Shown here one piece after another: positions 62,489 to 64,000 of a stretch of 64,000 nucleotides of DNA. The translations under genes and the position numbers were made by a program. The notes below the pieces were generated by a model. The model saw only the letters and a program-made list of their open reading frames with translations, was not told the DNA's origin and ran no database searches. Source of the stretch: Sedimenticola sp. (lineage in GTDB: Bacteria > Pseudomonadota > Gammaproteobacteria > Chromatiales > Chromatiaceae); assembly GCF_050289425.1 (NCBI RefSeq), contig NZ_JBNKFS010000005.1, forward strand, positions 88,475 to 152,474. The letters run 5' to 3'. How positions within the stretch are numbered: position 1 is the stretch's first letter; each line of letters starts with the position of its first letter.

Positions 62489-63424
62489 ATGAGATTGGCA
62501 GTATATGGCAGTGGTGGGGTCGGCGGATATTTCGGCGGCCGGGTGGCTGACCGCGGCCACCCTGTTGCGTTTATCGCTCGTGGGGCACATCTGCAGGCGA
62601 TACGGCAGCAGGGTTTGTCCGTTGAAAGCATCAAGGGTGATTTTACCGTCCCCGCGCCGATGGCGACCGATGATCCGGCGGAGATAGGCCCAGTTGATGT
62701 GGTACTGGTCTGTGTCAAGAGTTGGCAGGTGCCCGAAGTGGCCCGGGCGATGCGTCCGCTGATCGGGCCGGACACGTTTGTGGTCTCACTGCTAAACGGA
62801 GTAGAGGCCCCTGATCAACTCAGTGAGGTGCTTGGCAGGGAGCGCGTGCTAGGCGGTGTAGCAAAAATTTTCAGTTTTATCGAGCGCCCCGGGCTGATTC
62901 GCCATATCGGGCATGAGCCGACCCTGATGCTGGGGGAGTTGGACGGCACGATGAGCGAACGGTTGCAACAGTTGGCGGCGATCTTAACCGAGTCGGGAAT
63001 TACCGTGGAGTTACCGGATTCGATCTTGCTGGAGATCTGGAGAAAGTTTCTGTTTACCACCGGCTGGGGCGGGCTGGGAGCGATCAGCCGTGCGCCCATC
63101 GGTATTTTGAGGGAAGAGCCGGCTACCCGCGCCATTATTGATGCTTGCATGCGCGAAACCGTCGCCGTGGCCAGAGCGGCCGGTATTGCGTTCCCGGAAG
63201 ATATCATCGAGCGGACCTGGGATTTTACCCAGCACCTGGAACCCAGCGGCACCAGCTCCCTACAGCGGGATATCGCAGCGGGCAGGCCATCGGAGATCGA
63301 TGCCTGGAATGGTGCCGTAGTACGCCTGGGAAGGCGTTTTGGCGTGGATACTCCGACCCACCAGTTGATCACCGATGCCTTGGTGCCGCTGGAGCGCCGG
63401 GCGCGCGGGGAGATCACCTTTTAA
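62489..63424 (+). CDS. panE: 2-dehydropantoate 2-reductase (PanE/ApbA family)
   Basis: GSGGVGGYFG, VKSWQ, LLNGV, WRKF, SSLQRD..GRPSEID. Confidence 0.88.
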   Translation: MRLAVYGSGGVGGYFGGRVADRGHPVAFIARGAHLQAIRQQGLSVESIKGDFTVPAPMATDDPAEIGPVDVVLVCVKSWQVPEVARAMRPLIGPDTFVVSLLNGVEAPDQLSEVLGRERVLGGVAKIFSFIERPGLIRHIGHEPTLMLGELDGTMSERLQQLAAILTESGITVELPDSILLEIWRKFLFTTGWGGLGAISRAPIGILREEPATRAIIDACMRETVAVARAAGIAFPEDIIERTWDFTQHLEPSGTSSLQRDIAAGRPSEIDAWNGAVVRLGRRFGVDTPTHQLITDALVPLERRARGEITF

Positions 63425-63528
63425 CCTTACACTGCGACCAAAAAGGGGCGCTTTTCCCCCTATGGTCAGTGGCGCTGTTTCGGTTAATATTGAGCCTGTT
63501 ATTTTACGGCCAACTTTAGAGCAAAGAG

Positions 63529-63984
63529 ATGGGATTCTCAGGTATCTATCAATTCTTCCAACGCCGCCGTTCGCCGGTCGCCAAAGATCGCCGGGTCAAT
63601 CGTAGGGTGATACCGTCGGAAGGCACCACGGTATTGATTGTGGACGATTCGAAAACCGTACGCCGGGTGATGCGCGGTATGCTGCAACAGTCCGGGTATC
63701 GCACACTGGAGGCAGAGGACGGGGCGCAGGGTATCGAACTGGCGCGCAATCATAAGCCGAATCTGATTTTTATGGATGTGATGATGCCGGGTATGGACGG
63801 TTTCCAGGCAACCCGAAAGCTGCAGACCAATGTGGATACTCAGGATATCCCGGTCATCATCATCAGCGGCAACCGGCAAGCCACCGTTCAGACCTGGGTG
63901 CAGAAAATCGGAGCCAAAGACTTCATGGCTAAACCCTTCGAACGGGGCGAGCTGTTCCAGCGGCTGGAAAGTGCGATTTACTGA
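63529..63984 (+). CDS. Single-domain response regulator (PilH-like) with Arg-rich N-terminal extension
   Basis: LIVDDS, MDVMMPGMDGFQATRKL, IPVIIISG, KPF. Confidence 0.88.
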   Translation: MGFSGIYQFFQRRRSPVAKDRRVNRRVIPSEGTTVLIVDDSKTVRRVMRGMLQQSGYRTLEAEDGAQGIELARNHKPNLIFMDVMMPGMDGFQATRKLQTNVDTQDIPVIIISGNRQATVQTWVQKIGAKDFMAKPFERGELFQRLESAIY

Positions 63985-64000
63985 TCGGCCTCTGTTGTAA

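Overview
Bacterial chromosomal window, probably from a gammaproteobacterium (Chromatiales/Sedimenticola-like, inferred from gene content only). It has four blocks. (1) 158-9715: a CoA-transferase pair, an OmpR-family regulator with a PAS hybrid kinase, and a divergent Liv-type ABC importer whose LivG ATPase carries an in-frame N-terminal PAS domain resembling the kinase's PAS. (2) About 9.8-28.5 kb: a visibly GC-richer, island-like block ending at tRNA-Arg(CCG). It encodes a Tat-exported DMSO-reductase-family molybdoenzyme in B-C-A-D order. Its motifs fit none of ArrA, ArxA or AioA, and it has Cys->Asp changes at Fe-S ligand positions. A sigma54 promoter with three GTTAC-N6-GTAAC palindromes lies upstream, and an AioX/ArxX-like binding protein, kinase and bEBP triad lies at the far end. 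The accessory genes are two exported rhodaneses, mono- and pentaheme cytochromes c, tandem Mrp/ApbC proteins, a polyferredoxin, a Cys-rich GT-B glycosyltransferase, and catalytically degenerate methylglyoxal-synthase-, HisA/HisF- and archease-like proteins. This is the best candidate for an undescribed system (metalloid or thio-oxyanion redox metabolism). (3) 28.8-45.7 kb: mostly core genes (cytochrome c, rep, LOG, phoBR, pstSCAB-phoU with Pho boxes, qor, nhaA, ylqF). (4) 45.9-64 kb: signalling genes (MCP, HD-GYP, DGC, hybrid kinases, Crp/Fnr, GGDEF-EAL, tandem NarX-like periplasmic protein, PilH-like), plus a hydrolase and a PanE-family reductase. No CRISPR array, rRNA, integrase or transposase was seen. 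All assignments are by motif recognition; no database searches were run.
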